64,000 nucleotides of DNA from contig OX638154.1 in NCBI GenBank assembly GCA_951804945.1, forward strand, positions 99,758,001 to 99,822,000, written 5' to 3'. Made by a program: the position numbers and the translations under genes. Source of the stretch: Podarcis cretensis. Taxonomy: Eukaryota. Of the stretch, positions 25,402 to 37,500 are shown in pieces (the first letter of the stretch is position 1; every line of letters begins with the position of its first letter). The notes under the pieces were generated by a model. That model saw only the letters and a list, made by a program, of their open reading frames with translations. It made no database searches and was not told where the DNA came from.

Positions 25402-26251
25402 GTATGTTTTTTATTGTCATCTTACTATTTTTGAAATATATACAACAACCAAACATAGTCAACACTAGCAATATCATGGCTGATCCCTAAGGGGGATAGA
25501 TTTCAAAGGTGCAATAGGACATGTATATTCATTTTTAAAGTTCTTCAGTCCAGAAAGTGTTTCCACAAGTTATAATGCATTCAAGATTATCCCATTGCAT
25601 ATAAGAAATGAACAGCTGCCAGGTGGCATAGGACATCGGATCCAGTTTGCCTCTGGCCACCCCTATTTGGCAAGTCAACTTTTCTACAAGTGCAACTATT
25701 CTTGTGTCTTCTTGGAGTCTTGATAAGCTAGTTGTGGTGTGGCAGCATGTGGCTATCTCCAAACATGCTGCCATAATCAGTAAAATTAGCATCACTTTAT
25801 AGCTTGTGTTGATTAAGAGTAATCTAAAAACACCTAATAAAAGGAGACAGGTTGCATCTCTTTCCGAGCTAGAGATATGCTGAGTTGGGCTTTGTGTAGA
25901 GTTTGTTGGAAGAGCTTTAAAGCACCAATAAAACTGAAACTTCTTTAGCTTTTGTAGGTGACACCAGAGATAAATGGTTCAAGCTGTTGATGTCAGCTAA
26001 GAGATTATTTGTTTAATGCTTTTTGAAATACTTATATTTGTGTTGAGGCACTTCTGGGTACTTCAGGATGTGCTGCAGATAGCACTGCGGTATCTGATCC
26101 TGGTTTGAGGTCTTTTAAAGGGTGGTTTTGATCCAGCTCATCAGATACCATGTTTGTAAATTCAGACCCTTGGAAATGTGCCATAAAATGTATAATACAC
26201 AGTCGCTGCATTCACAAAAGCCATTTCTCTTCCTGTTTTCTCCATGTGCAG

Positions 26252-26401
26252 AATGAGGCGAATAAGATCAAGAAGGAAGCCAGAGAACTTGATCAACTCA
26301 TTAACAGGAAGCTGAAGGATTATGAGGACCTAAGAGAAGACATGAAAGGGAAAGAGCTGGAAGTACAGAACCTTTTGGAGAAGGGCAAGACTGAACAGCA
26401 G
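26252..26401 (+). CDS. LAMC1: LAMC1 exon 23 (NEANKIKKEARELDQLINRKLKDYEDLREDMKGKELEVQNLLEKGKTEQQ)
   Basis: gtgcag| acceptor, CAG|gtcagt donor; 150 nt. Confidence 0.97.
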
Positions 26402-27504
26402 GTCAGTTCTACTTGTATGTAAGCTCTTGCCCTGACAAAAGCCATAAATGCAGGTTAAAACAGGGGTGGCTTAACTGCTCTCAACCTTTGAAAACTTGTG
26501 TTAACCAATTCATGGAGAGGTATGGTGGACACATGTTTAGGGCTTTTTTTGATCATGTGTTCTGCACCATGCGCAGGACAGAGCTAGGTGCAAAGTGTTC
26601 ATGGAGAGACAGCATGGGCCCCAGAGCCTGGGGAAAATGGCCTGGAGACGAGGAAAGGACGGGGGGAGAGAGAGTAGGCAGTAAGGGAGAAACAATTTGC
26701 TGTAAAAGGCAAGTGAAGGTTTTAGTGTCCAAGCCAAAAGAGACCATAGTGGTGTGAATACACACCTGTTAGTAAAGCAGAATCAGCAGTCAAAAACAGA
26801 GTTGGGACGGATGAAGGACCTTTCCCATTCTTTAGCATCTTTGTCCTTAAAATATATGAACTGTTTTAAAAGGTTTAGATTTTGTTCTTGTGCAAATGTA
26901 CTTTCCAACCTATACTGTTTAACTTCCTTGTAAGCTGCTTTAGTCACATGATAATCAGAGACTCTTAGGGTCAGTATGGTTTAGAGGCCACTTCCTCTGT
27001 TGTGTCTGATTACATCCTCCTTGAAATCCACTGAAGAAAGAAGCATTGTCAGTGGCTCTGTCCTCTCTGCTATAGAACTCACTCCCACTGAAGACTCACG
27101 AAATCCAGGCCTGAGTGTATTTCAGAAGCCTTGCAAAGCTGCCTTGTGGGGCTAGAATTAAGGTGGGGAAAGCTTAGGAAAATTTCACTGCTTTGCTAGG
27201 GACTTGACTCCTGCCCCTGCCCCTTTGGGGAAACATTGAAGCTGATCAGAGTGGGAGGGGTACAAATAGAAGAACAACAACAACTCTCAGACTGTGGCAG
27301 GAATCCACCCAGCACTCATGGGAAAATGTGGTGTGATCTCTTAGAGTAATCAAGTGAAACTTTTAACACATGGCAAGATAAAAGTCTGTAATTTTATTAA
27401 GACAAGTTACTTGTTGTTTAATGTTGTTACAATTGTTTTCTCAGAATTTGTCTTCTGTACCATGAAGATAAATAAAAGCAGTATTTTTTTAAATAATAAT
27501 AATA

Positions 27505-28334
27505 AACTTCAAAACGACCTTGACAGATTAGAGAACTGGGCCAAAACAAACAAGATGAACTTTAACAGGGAGAAATGTAAAGTATTGCACTTGGGCAAAA
27601 AAAAAAAATGAGAGGCACAAATACAAGATGGGTGACACCTGGCTTGAGAGCAGTACATGTGAAAAGGATCTAGGAGCCTTGGTTGACCACAAACTTGACA
27701 TGAGCCAACAGTGTGATGCAGCAGCTAAAAAAGCCAATGCAATTCTGGGCTGCATCAATAGGAGTATTGCATCTAGATCAAGGGAAGTAATAGTGCCACT
27801 GTATTCTGCTCTGGTCAGACCTCACCTGGAGTACTGTGTCCAGTTCTGGGCACCACAGTTCAAGAAGGACACTGACAAACTGGAACGTGTCCAGAGGAGG
27901 GCAACCAAAATGGTCAAAGGCCTGGAAACGATGCCTTATGAGGAACGGCTAAGGGAGCTGGGCATGTTTAGCCTGGAGAAGAGGAGGTTAAGGGGTGATA
28001 TGATAGCCATGTTCAAATATATAAAAGGATGTCACATAGAGGAGGGAGAAAGGTTGTTTTCTGCTGCTCCAGAGAAGCGGACACGGAGCAATGGATCCAA
28101 ACTACAAGAAAGAAGATTCCACCTAAACATTAGGAAGAACTTCCTGACAGTAAGAGCTGTTTGACAGTGGAATTTGCTGCCAAGGAGTGTGGTGGAGTCT
28201 CCTTCTTTGGAGGTCTTTAAGCAGAGGCTTGACAACCATATGTCAGGAGTGCTCTGATGGTGTTTCCTGCTTGGCAGGGGGTTGGACTCGATGGCCCTTG
28301 TGGTCTCTTCCAACTCTATGATTCTATGATTCTA
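27505..28334 (+). mobile_element. Young CR1 LINE 3' fragment
   Basis: [30 protein letters not shown], then ORF 27628..28164 with [11 protein letters not shown]; frameshift in the A-run near 27600, CGA>TGA stop at 28162; (ATTCTATG)n tail. Confidence 0.96.
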
Positions 28335-28453
28335 AATGGCCTAAATGGAAATTCAGTAGAAACTGTCTGTGCATGATACACGCTATATGAAGGCATTGTA
28401 GAGAGAGGCAGAGAGCGTGTGGATGACCTGCTGTCTTGTGTGTGCTTGCACAG

Positions 28454-28568
28454 ACTGCTGATCAGCTTTTGGCTCGAGCAGATGCTGCCAAGGCTCTGGC
28501 TGAAGAAGCCGCCAAGAAGGGGAGCAACACCCTCCAGGAGGCCAATGACATTCTCAGCAACTTGAAAG
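28454..28568 (+). CDS. LAMC1: LAMC1 exon 24 (TADQLLARADAAKALAEEAAKKGSNTLQEANDILSNLK)
   Basis: gcacag| acceptor, G|gtaggc donor; 115 nt. Confidence 0.97.
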
Positions 28569-29418
28569 GTAGGCGGCAGCATGACTTCCTGATGAGTCAA
28601 TTTGCAGAATGGCAGGCTGACCTCCCTGAGTGACTCAGCCCTCTCTTGGGGGGGAAGTGGGCCAGAATCAGAATATGGTTCCACAGGACGCGTTTTCCTA
28701 TTACTACTGACTGTACTGCTGTAATCATGTCAGTATTATCCCAGTGAAACGTGTATGTTCAGGACTGAGCGTACGCCCTGATTTTGTGGAAGTGCAGAAG
28801 TTAGCTTCCTGGGAGAGCCATATGTCAGTGGTGTGAGCATATGCATGGAAACCTGGAGGGCAGGCTTCGTAACTGGGCACAGATTTGAACTTTGGTCTCG
28901 GTCAAAAACTCCAACCACTGTAGCAGGATTCCCAAGGTGCAATACATTTCAGCCCTTGCACATGTTTCCTTCTGACAAATTTACTGTAGTCGTTTACATG
29001 ACAAGACAGAAAAGGATAAGATAATCACTTGTGAGGATCTTTTGTAAGCCCCTCTGAAAGCTTCTCAGGGTCAACAGCTTATTATAAATGGGAGAGGGGG
29101 GAGACACCAGTTTCTTCTCACCCACTTGCATTCCAGCATTCGAAGACCTTTGATACAAAACAGTGTTTCATGGCGGGTCTGTCTGTCAGTGGCTGTTAGC
29201 GACAGTTGCTATTTGGACCTTGCCTGTTTGGAAGCAATATGCCTCTGAATATCAGATCCTAGGGACAAGCGGGGGGGGGGGGGGAGTGTTGCTTTCATGT
29301 CTTGCCTATGGGCTTCCCAGAGGCATTTGATTGACCACGGTTAGAAATAGAAGGCTGAGTTAGATGGATTTTTGTTTGATCCAGTGGGGCTTCCTTACGT
29401 TTCCCCCCCCCCCTCCAG

Positions 29419-29618
29419 ACTTCGACAAGAGAGTGAATGATAACAAGACTGCAGCTCAGGAGGCTCTAAGGAGAATTCCTGCCATTACCCAGACCATCTT
29501 GGAGGCCAACAATAAGACACGGCAGGCGGAACTGGCACTAGGCAACGCTGCTGCGGATGCCAGAGAAGCAAAGAACAAAGCTGCTGATTCTGAGAGAATT
29601 GCTAATTCTGTGCAGAAG
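29419..29618 (+). CDS. LAMC1: LAMC1 exon 25 (DFDKRVNDNKTAAQEALRRIPAI...ERIANSVQK)
   Basis: poly-C tract then ctccag| acceptor, AAG|gtgagc donor; 200 nt. Confidence 0.97.
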
Positions 29619-30677
29619 GTGAGCCTTGTGCATCAGTGGTAGAGTACATCCTTTGTATAAGGCTCCATGTTCGATCTCTAGTGAATACTGGGCTAGCTGG
29701 ACCATTGATCCGAAGCAACATATTGAGGAGCTTCATTTGTTCAAAAGTATTTTTTGGTGGTACAGTTTTTCCTGAATTATCTGTCTTCAGACCACAGATG
29801 TGAATAACATGTCTGAACAGTTCATGAAATGAACTCTCAGGACACAGAATACTAGCATGTCAGGGCAAAAGTTCCCAACTTGCTGGTTTTCATGTGTGTG
29901 GAATTTACTTTCTCCATTTTCCAAACACACCATGCCTCCTGTTCACAGCCTGAAGTGGCAACAGCACTTCATTCACAGCCATTCACATAATTATTCTGCA
30001 TAAATAGATCAGCTCTTGGCAATATGTAATAGACAAGAAGCTGTCTTTGATGAGACCAACGGCTGTTTTAGCATTAGTGGAAGTCAAAAGCTGACATTTC
30101 TCTACTGGCAAGCAGTTGGTAAAGAAGCCTGCTCAGTTGTCTTGCTCTTAATGCTGCCCAGAACAGAGAGAGCTTTCCTATAACATTAAAGGGCCAAATA
30201 CCAGGGCAGGGTGTTCTTTCGTACCCTGTTGAGAAACACAGCTCAGTGGCAGAGCACACGATTTGCATGTGGAAAACCCCTGGTATTAATCCGTTGTGGC
30301 TCCAGGTAAAGATGGTTATGAAGGCTGGGAATGATCCCTGCATGAGTCACTAGAAAGGTACACCCTGGCACATTGGAACAAGTACTAGACTGTGTGGATC
30401 CACCGATCGGTCTAACTGTACGGGGCAACCTCACATAGACACATATAATCAATATTAGTACTTCAAATGAAGTTTTAAGATGAGGCTTTAAGAGCAGTGA
30501 AGGAATTAACTGGAGGGGAAACACGTACGAGTCTGCATTGACTTCATTTGGGTCTCAGGAACAAACTGCATGTATGTTTGGACCAACTGTGCAGGCTCTT
30601 CATCCTTTCATATATACTTGCTTTGTTCAGGTATTTTTATTTATTTTTTATATGGTTTTGGTCTCTGCCCGTTCTAG

Positions 30678-30836
30678 AATGCTGCTTCAACAAAAGCTGA
30701 TGCTGACAAGACCTTCTCCACTGTTGCTGAGCTGGACAAAGAAGTGGGCGACATGTTGCAGCAGCTGGATGCAGCAGAGAAAGAGCTGAAGGCCAAACAG
30801 GAAAGCGCTGATCAAGATATGATGATGGCAGGAATG
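30678..30836 (+). CDS. LAMC1: LAMC1 exon 26 (NAASTKADADKTFSTVAELDKEVGDMLQQLDAAEKELKAKQESADQDMMMAGM)
   Basis: ttctag| acceptor, ATG|gtgagt donor; 159 nt. Confidence 0.97.
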
Positions 30837-30924
30837 GTGAGTTACTTTGTCTGCTTCAAAAAAAACAACCTTTGATTTTGGGGGGTTAGATTGGCATATT
30901 GTTAATCTGCAATATCAGCATATA

Positions 30925-31841
30925 CAGTGGAACCTCAGGCTAAGTACTTAATTGGTTCCGGAAGTCCGTTCTTAACCTGAACCGTTCTTAATCTGAAGCA
31001 CACTTTCCCATTGAAAGTAATGGAAAAGTGGATTGATCCGTTCTAGACAATGAAAAATACCCCCTAAAACAGCAATTTAACACAAATTTTACTCTCTAAC
31101 GAGACTATTGATCCATAAAATGAAGGCAATAATCAATGTACTGTACTATAAAATAAATAAGACAGTATTGTAGATTGAAAACAAAAAACATTTTTTCCCC
31201 TTACCTGCACTGATGATTGCCATTGTTTGAATGGGTTGACCATTTCTGCAGTCACACAATCAACCAGTAGCTGAACTGGGCTCCACACGATCCCCAAAAC
31301 AATGGCAGAAGGCAGAGTCCCCCAGAAGTCCCCCAAATGAAGGAGCAAAGCAAAGACAAAGGCACAGGGCAGACTCACATAAACAAATCCCAAAATCCCT
31401 TGCAGAATCCCAAAATTTTCCACTCCCCCCCACAGGGTAGGTGGGCTTACCTGGCTAGGTGCCCCCCATCTTGCTACAGCTGGGGGGTGGGGCAAGGGTT
31501 GGTCAAGGGCTTTTCGGCCCAGGCTCACCTTTGTTTTCTTAATAGCTTCACTGCTCTTGGTCTTCATTAGGGAAGTGTTCCTTACCTAACTTTGGGGCTG
31601 GGATGCAATCTGCTGGGCATCCTGCAGATGTTGGGGCCTGGCTCCTGGCATTCGCAGAGGTCTCAGAGAGCTCCTGCTGCTAGAGCCCAGTCGCGGAGCC
31701 TCCGTAGGCCCTGCGGATGTCCAGGCTTGGCTCTGGGCAGTGGCGAGGCCTCCGAGAGCTCGGAACACTCACTTCTGGGTTAAAAACGTTTGTAACCCGA
31801 AAAAACGTAACTCGAGGCATTTGTAACCAGAGGCACCACTG
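30925..31841. mobile_element. Tc1/mariner (Tigger/pogo-like) non-autonomous element
   Basis: TA|CAGTGGAACCTC ... GAGGCACCACTG|TG terminal inverted repeats; subterminal AACCYGA repeats; no transposase ORF. Confidence 0.75.
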
Positions 31842-32221
31842 TGTGTTGGTTTTTTTAAAAGAGACTTTACAAAACCCATGCATGGGTGCCTGCCCTTCAA
31901 AGAAGTCTCATGCCATTTGGAAAATCATTTCCTTCTTTTCTCTTTCCCATCCTCTCACCTTTGTCTTCCTGGGCGACTCCCTTGTCTTCCAGCAAAAATG
32001 ACATTGCATGATGCTGCAGTGTTCGAGACAGAGTTGACACATGCATGCTCATTACTCAGTGACTTAGGTGTGTAGAGTTACTCACTGCAAATTAAACACC
32101 ACAGGTAGTGTCTTATTAGCTGGTTCATTTGGTCAGCCACAAGTAATTGATATGGAATTACACACATGCATATGTGAATTCAATTGTAATATCCATTTGA
32201 ATTTATTTTTTAATTCCCCAG

Positions 32222-32321
32222 GCTTCAGAGGCAGCTCAGGAAGCAGAAGCCAATGCAAGGAAAGCAAAGACCTCTGTTAGCAGCTTGCTGAGCATGATTA
32301 ATGACCTCCTTGAGAAGCTGG
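32222..32321 (+). CDS. LAMC1: LAMC1 exon 27 (ASEAAQEAEANARKAKTSVSSLLSMINDLLEKL)
   Basis: ccccag| acceptor, G|gtatgt donor; 100 nt. Confidence 0.96.
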
Positions 32322-32509
32322 GTATGTATCTTCAGCTGGTAAACTGCTAGAGAGATTGACCTTCTCACCCTGAATAGTGTGGCATTTGGGGTATTGCCTT
32401 GTGACGTGAATACCCCTTTCCTGTTTGTTTGTTCTTTCAAGCCATTGCTATACCTGGCTAACATAAGTTTGTGTAGCTGGGCACCTAGTCTAATAATTTT
32501 GTGGACTTA

Positions 32510-32777
32510 CTCAAAGGACTTCACAAGAGACAAGGGCCCTGCAGGACTTGACATCTTTCCGCAGGGCCTGCAAGACAGAGCTGTTCCACCTGGCATTTGG
32601 TCAGGGCGCAGCCTGACCCCCTCCTCTGGCAATCTTTACAAAGCTTTAGTTTATGGTTGCCATCAATTTTGATTTTAATTCATTTTTATAATGTTTTATA
32701 ATGTCACACTGTTTTAATGTTGTTAGCCGCCCTGAGCCCGGCTTCGGCTGGGGAGGGCGGGATATAAATAAAATTTA

Positions 32778-32808
<31 letters not shown>
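32510..32808 (+). mobile_element. L2-type LINE 3' end with (TTA)n tail
   Basis: TTCCGCAGGGCCTGCAAGACAGAGCTGTTC..., GTTAGCCGCCCTGAGCCC...GGGCGGGATATAAATAAA, then (TTA)n. Confidence 0.75.
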
Positions 32809-33990
32809 CAATAAAATGCTTATCAACAATAGTGTACAGTGACTTGAGTTGACAAAGCTGAAATTATGATAAACAAGTGGGGCTTAATGTAAAACTGCAC
32901 ACATATTTATTTTACATATTAAGATATGTATCTGTCTGGCATCTGTCAGAAAGTCCATTCCCTGTATTCAATACAATCTGGCTTTCTAAAACAAAACCTA
33001 GATGGACAAATCTATGAATGTGCAATGACTGACTCCCACTCCCAGCACTGTCTATTGACTGCACCACATTGTTGTTTTACTCTTAGTGGCATGTTGTTGT
33101 GAGGGCAAAACCTGCCAGCTACCCCTGACAATGGGTGTCCAGGCCTCCACTGTCAGGGATTCCATACAGGGTAGTGATGTTTTTGTGTTCAAATCACCGA
33201 AAGTTGTACAGCACCCCCTTGGGAGCCCTTGCAGTATGCAAGACTTCACTCTGCAAATCGACATGCTTGCCAGGTTAACGGGTTCACTGATAGCTAGATT
33301 ACCGTAGTGGGTGCATATAGCACTAGGGTGGTTCTGTCCCCGTTTGCTCCACTCGCCAACCCATCCACAGGACACTTTATTTGCTGAATTGGCTGCCCAG
33401 TCAAGGACTATCCCAGCTCCTCCCTTCTTTTTGCAGCCACATTTTGCATCTGTTTTCACAACAGTAATTTCTTGTATAGTTTACTGCTTCGTAAGTCCAT
33501 AGACTTGGCCTGTAAAAAAGAACGGGTGGGCTGAATGATTAAGTGCAGGGAATGAGCAATCAGTCGTTTATGTTGTTTAATTTTGGCATTGTAAAAAGGA
33601 GGGAAAAAAATAGTTAAGGATGGATGTGTATAGAGAACTTTTTCTCAAACAGCGGAAATAAAGTTCAAATAACATTTAAATTTCACAATGTAAAATATTT
33701 GTACATAATGTGAATTTCTGGGTGTGCAGTTTAAGAGACACTGAACTCAGTGTTACACATTTCTGAATTTTGATACACAACTTATCTCTCAAATTTAAAC
33801 AATTTGAATGCAATAGTTAGAGGAATTTTAGAGATGATTTGGCAAGCTAGGAAGATCAGGTTTTTGAATTATTTTGCTTTTTTAATCTCTTTCTCTTTTG
33901 CATTTGACCAGTGGAAATTATTTCTGTATCAGAATGAAGTGGGCCTTAATTTTAAAAAAATTCTAATTTTATATGTTGCTCCCATTACAG

Positions 33991-34247
33991 GGCGTGTGGA
34001 ACCTGTGGACTTGAGCAAACTGAATGAGATTGAGGATACTTTGAACACTGCCAAAAACCAGATGAGGGACAACGATTTGGACCGGAAAGTCTCCGATCTG
34101 GAGAAGGCAGCTGAAAAGCAAGCCAGTGCCATCAATGAATATGACAGGGACATTAACACCATTAGGAAAGACATTAGCAATTTAGAGGACATCAAGAAGA
34201 CATTACCAACTGGCTGTTTCAACACCCCCTCTATTGAAAAACCCTAA
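33991..34247 (+). CDS. LAMC1: LAMC1 terminal exon 28 coding part (...RKDISNLEDIKKTLPTGCFNTPSIEKP*)
   Basis: ttacag| acceptor; TAA at 34245-34247; diagnostic gamma-1 C-terminus GCFNTPSIEKP with the integrin-engaging Glu third from the end. Confidence 0.98.
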
Positions 34248-37200
34248 GGATGAGCTAAAGGCAGGGGGGCGTTCCCTCAATGACTGGTGGAGCAGTTCTT
34301 TTGGCTGTGGAGTGCCTTAATTCCTAGGTTACCTTCTTCAGGACCCCCACCTCATCTCCCACACAGCTATCAGTTCTTTCTTTCCCAATTCAAGGGAGAA
34401 AATTGCAAGTTTCTGAATGAACGCAAATTAATTATCCAGTCTTTGGGCATCAGAAGGGTTTAAAGATATTAAATGTATACACTTCCTTGCTCAAAACACT
34501 CCATTTTCTCCTCTTCTCCCAGAAAAGACTCCCCTTTGATTTGCATAATGATGTGAAATATTATGGACTGTTGTGCTGAATTACAGAAAGGGCTATGAGA
34601 ACTGATACATAGTGGGGGCAATCACAGGCTTCTCCTTTTTTCATCCCCCATCTCTCTCTCCCGTACCCCATCTCACAATTTCTCTGTTCTTTTTGTTTCT
34701 ATGAAGGAAAAGGTTTGGCTACCAAAGTATTAAATTGTAATGGCCAGTATAGCTACAGTTTGTAAGAAACGCTGATGGCCTTCAGAATCAGAAAAGAAGA
34801 AAAAGTCAACTTAATTCATATATTAGTGGCCAATTAAACTACCACTTTGGTAGCCAGCTGCCAATTTTAAAGAAACTTTCTAGAGTGCAATATGTATATG
34901 TATATCTTGATTCTGAGAAACAGTTTCTCAGAAATGCTTTTGGGGAGTCATGAGGAAGGAGGGGTGTGTTAGGTCTCCATGGTGCTATACCTTGGCCTGC
35001 CTTCGACTTCTGAGAACACAGGCAGAAATTTTAATTCTTCAAGATGGAAGAATCTACTTGTGATCAGAATTGTTCCTGTCACCAGCCAGTCACTAGTAAT
35101 ATTCAAGAGGTATCTTCCAGGGACAGATAATTTAATATCAGCAGATTCTGTCTTTCTCTCTTGGGGGCGGAGGAAGCCCCTGAATCAGACTCTTTCTTTT
35201 CTTCCCTTTTTTGAAAGAAACATCCACTATCCAGAGAGTACTCTTTTTTTTGCTAGACTCGCCTGTGAAATTTGAAGTCAACATAATCCTCTCTGGCAGA
35301 AAATAAACTCGAATGTTTGCAGAGTTCTCTTTCTGCAGGTTGAACATATCATTTTGCCATGGTAGGTTTACCTCTTGTGTAAAAGAGGAGTAATCACAAC
35401 ATATAGCTGACCCATCTTTCTAGGAACAATAATTGTTCAGGCCTAATTCTAGGGGTAAATAACTCCCAAGAGTTCACAGTATTTACTAACTGAGCTGGTG
35501 GTGGCGTGGTATGAATTTCTGCCCTGCTCAGAATGCCCCCTCTCCCACTTTGATTATGCTTCCTTGTGGGGAGAAGATACCTCCTTCCATGTTGTCTCTC
35601 TTCTCCACCCCCCTCTCCCTTTTAATCCTGAACTGGAGGAAATTATCTGCCTCTGCAGTTTCCTCAAGAGAGAAGTCTGATGCTTCCACCCCCTGCCTTT
35701 GAGATCTGCATATACCCACCCTGAAACACTATGCAACTTTGTACGTTTGCGTAGAGGGGAAGAAATTTATTATCTGACACACACACTGGTGCTATTAATT
35801 ATTTCAAATTTATATTTTTGTGTGAATGTGGGATTTTGTGTCTTTTTTTATCATGATTATAGTGTGAGGAAAAGTCTGTTTCTCTCTCTCTTGCCCCCTC
35901 CAGCCTTCCCCCCTGTAAATATGCTTGGCCTTGCTTCCCGAGTGGCCCTGTTCTCTCACTGCTTCCTCTTCACCGCCACACTGCCCTCATCCTCTCCTCC
36001 AGGTTAGTATTCCTCTGGCAGTGAGGGGCAGGGTGGGCGAGGGTCAGGTATTTTCTCTGCCCATCCTCACCTCTGCCCTCGTACTGGTGGCTAATATTGT
36101 GTTCCATATCTGCATTGCCAGCTGAGAGGCAAGTTCCCCTCCTCCTCGTCTAAAGCCACTTGTCACCTTAAGGAGTCAGAGGGGTGTAGCTCACGATGCC
36201 TTAGGCCATTTTGGGTGATGCTTTGCCCTGGGAGACTCTCTCTGGGCTGAAATGGGGAGCAGGCCTCCAACTTGTGTGCCTCCTCTGCCCCACACCTCCT
36301 TCCTCCACTGTGAGCAGAAATGGGAGAACCAGAATATCACCCATTCGGGCAGATCCAGAGACCCACAGGCCTGAGGCCTCCTCCCCAGGTCTCCTGCTTG
36401 GGGGTGAAGGCATCACCCAAACTGGCCCTTTGTTTGTGGTCTTGATATTCTGAATGGTTATAGGCTTCCTGCTGGCTTTGAAGAGGAAATGCGACTTGGG
36501 CCTACTTCTTACTCAGGTGGTTTAACCTAGGTCTGAGCTGGTACCATTTCTCCATGCAGTTTGGTTTTTGTTTTTCAAGAGAAAAACCTTTCTCTCAGAC
36601 ATGGCTAGTTGTCTACATGTAGGGAAATTAAGGAACATTCAGTCATGGGAGCCATTGACTGAAGGGGTGCCAGCCGGCCACATACTTTCCACCGCAGGAC
36701 CAAGCGCTGGACCATTACTGTAGATTCAGTAGCAGGTCTCTGTGAATACAGGTAGGCAGGCAAAACCCCCTTGGCTTTGGTTTTTACAGCACCTCCAGGG
36801 CCAGAGAGAGAAGTTCCAGCCAGATCTTAATTTTATCCAAGCAACTTCTTCAACAGTTTACATAAAGCCGACTTGCATGCATGCAGGCAAACAGAACCGA
36901 AAGCCATGAACTGGAAATGGCTTTTTGCTGTGTCATGTCGCACTTGACTAGAAGGGGATGATTACAGTTCGTAGTGTGTTTCTAGTCCTTTCCTTGCCTT
37001 TCTAGTATTTCCCCCCTTTTCTCTTAAACAGGTTTTAACAGATTTTTTTTTATTTTTAAATAAATAAATAAAAAGGCCTTTATAAGAATTTACGAATATT
37101 GCGTTAACAGCTATTATCACGTTTGTATAGGTCCAAGTTATTTCTTTGCATAACAAAATGATGCAACAGCTGTTCACGGGAGACACCTGCTGAAGAGTTC

Positions 37201-37390
37201 CCTTCATTTTATTTTTTATTCTCAACTGTGAGCACCTCAAAAAGTGCCTTCACTCCAGTTTTAGACTTAAATCTGTGGTCTTGCTGTCTGGGGGCAGTGA
37301 ACAAAAACAACAAAAATGCAACACTTGGCAGTTTTATGTATAAAACAGTATTTCTTATTTATAATAAAGACTGAATATTTGTAACCCCTC
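34248..37390 (+). other. LAMC1: LAMC1 3' UTR (~3.1 kb, end approximate)
   Basis: No recognisable TE after the stop codon; miRNA seed matches and AU-rich blocks; ends near AATAAA 37363-37368. Confidence 0.75.
37363..37368 (+). terminator. Probable LAMC1 polyadenylation signal AATAAA
   Basis: TGTA element upstream; U/GU-rich and (TG)n sequence downstream; other AATAAA hexamers occur near 35302 and 37060-37072. Confidence 0.7.
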
Positions 37391-37414
37391 ATATGCTGGG
37401 TTCTTGAGTATTTA

Positions 37415-37415
<1 letters not shown>

Positions 37416-37499
<84 letters not shown>
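37416..37499. repeat. Compound (TG)n(AG)n microsatellite
   Basis: Read directly; source of the CVCVCERERER pseudo-ORF. Confidence 0.97.

Positions 37500-37500
<1 letters not shown>

Noticed and set aside
27354-28164. Functional reverse transcriptase gene
   Set aside because: 5'-truncated after the catalytic motif, frameshifted at the A-run and prematurely stopped
33052-33500. Possible old LINE fragment or ORFs in LAMC1 intron 27
   Set aside because: No recognisable motif or boundaries by eye
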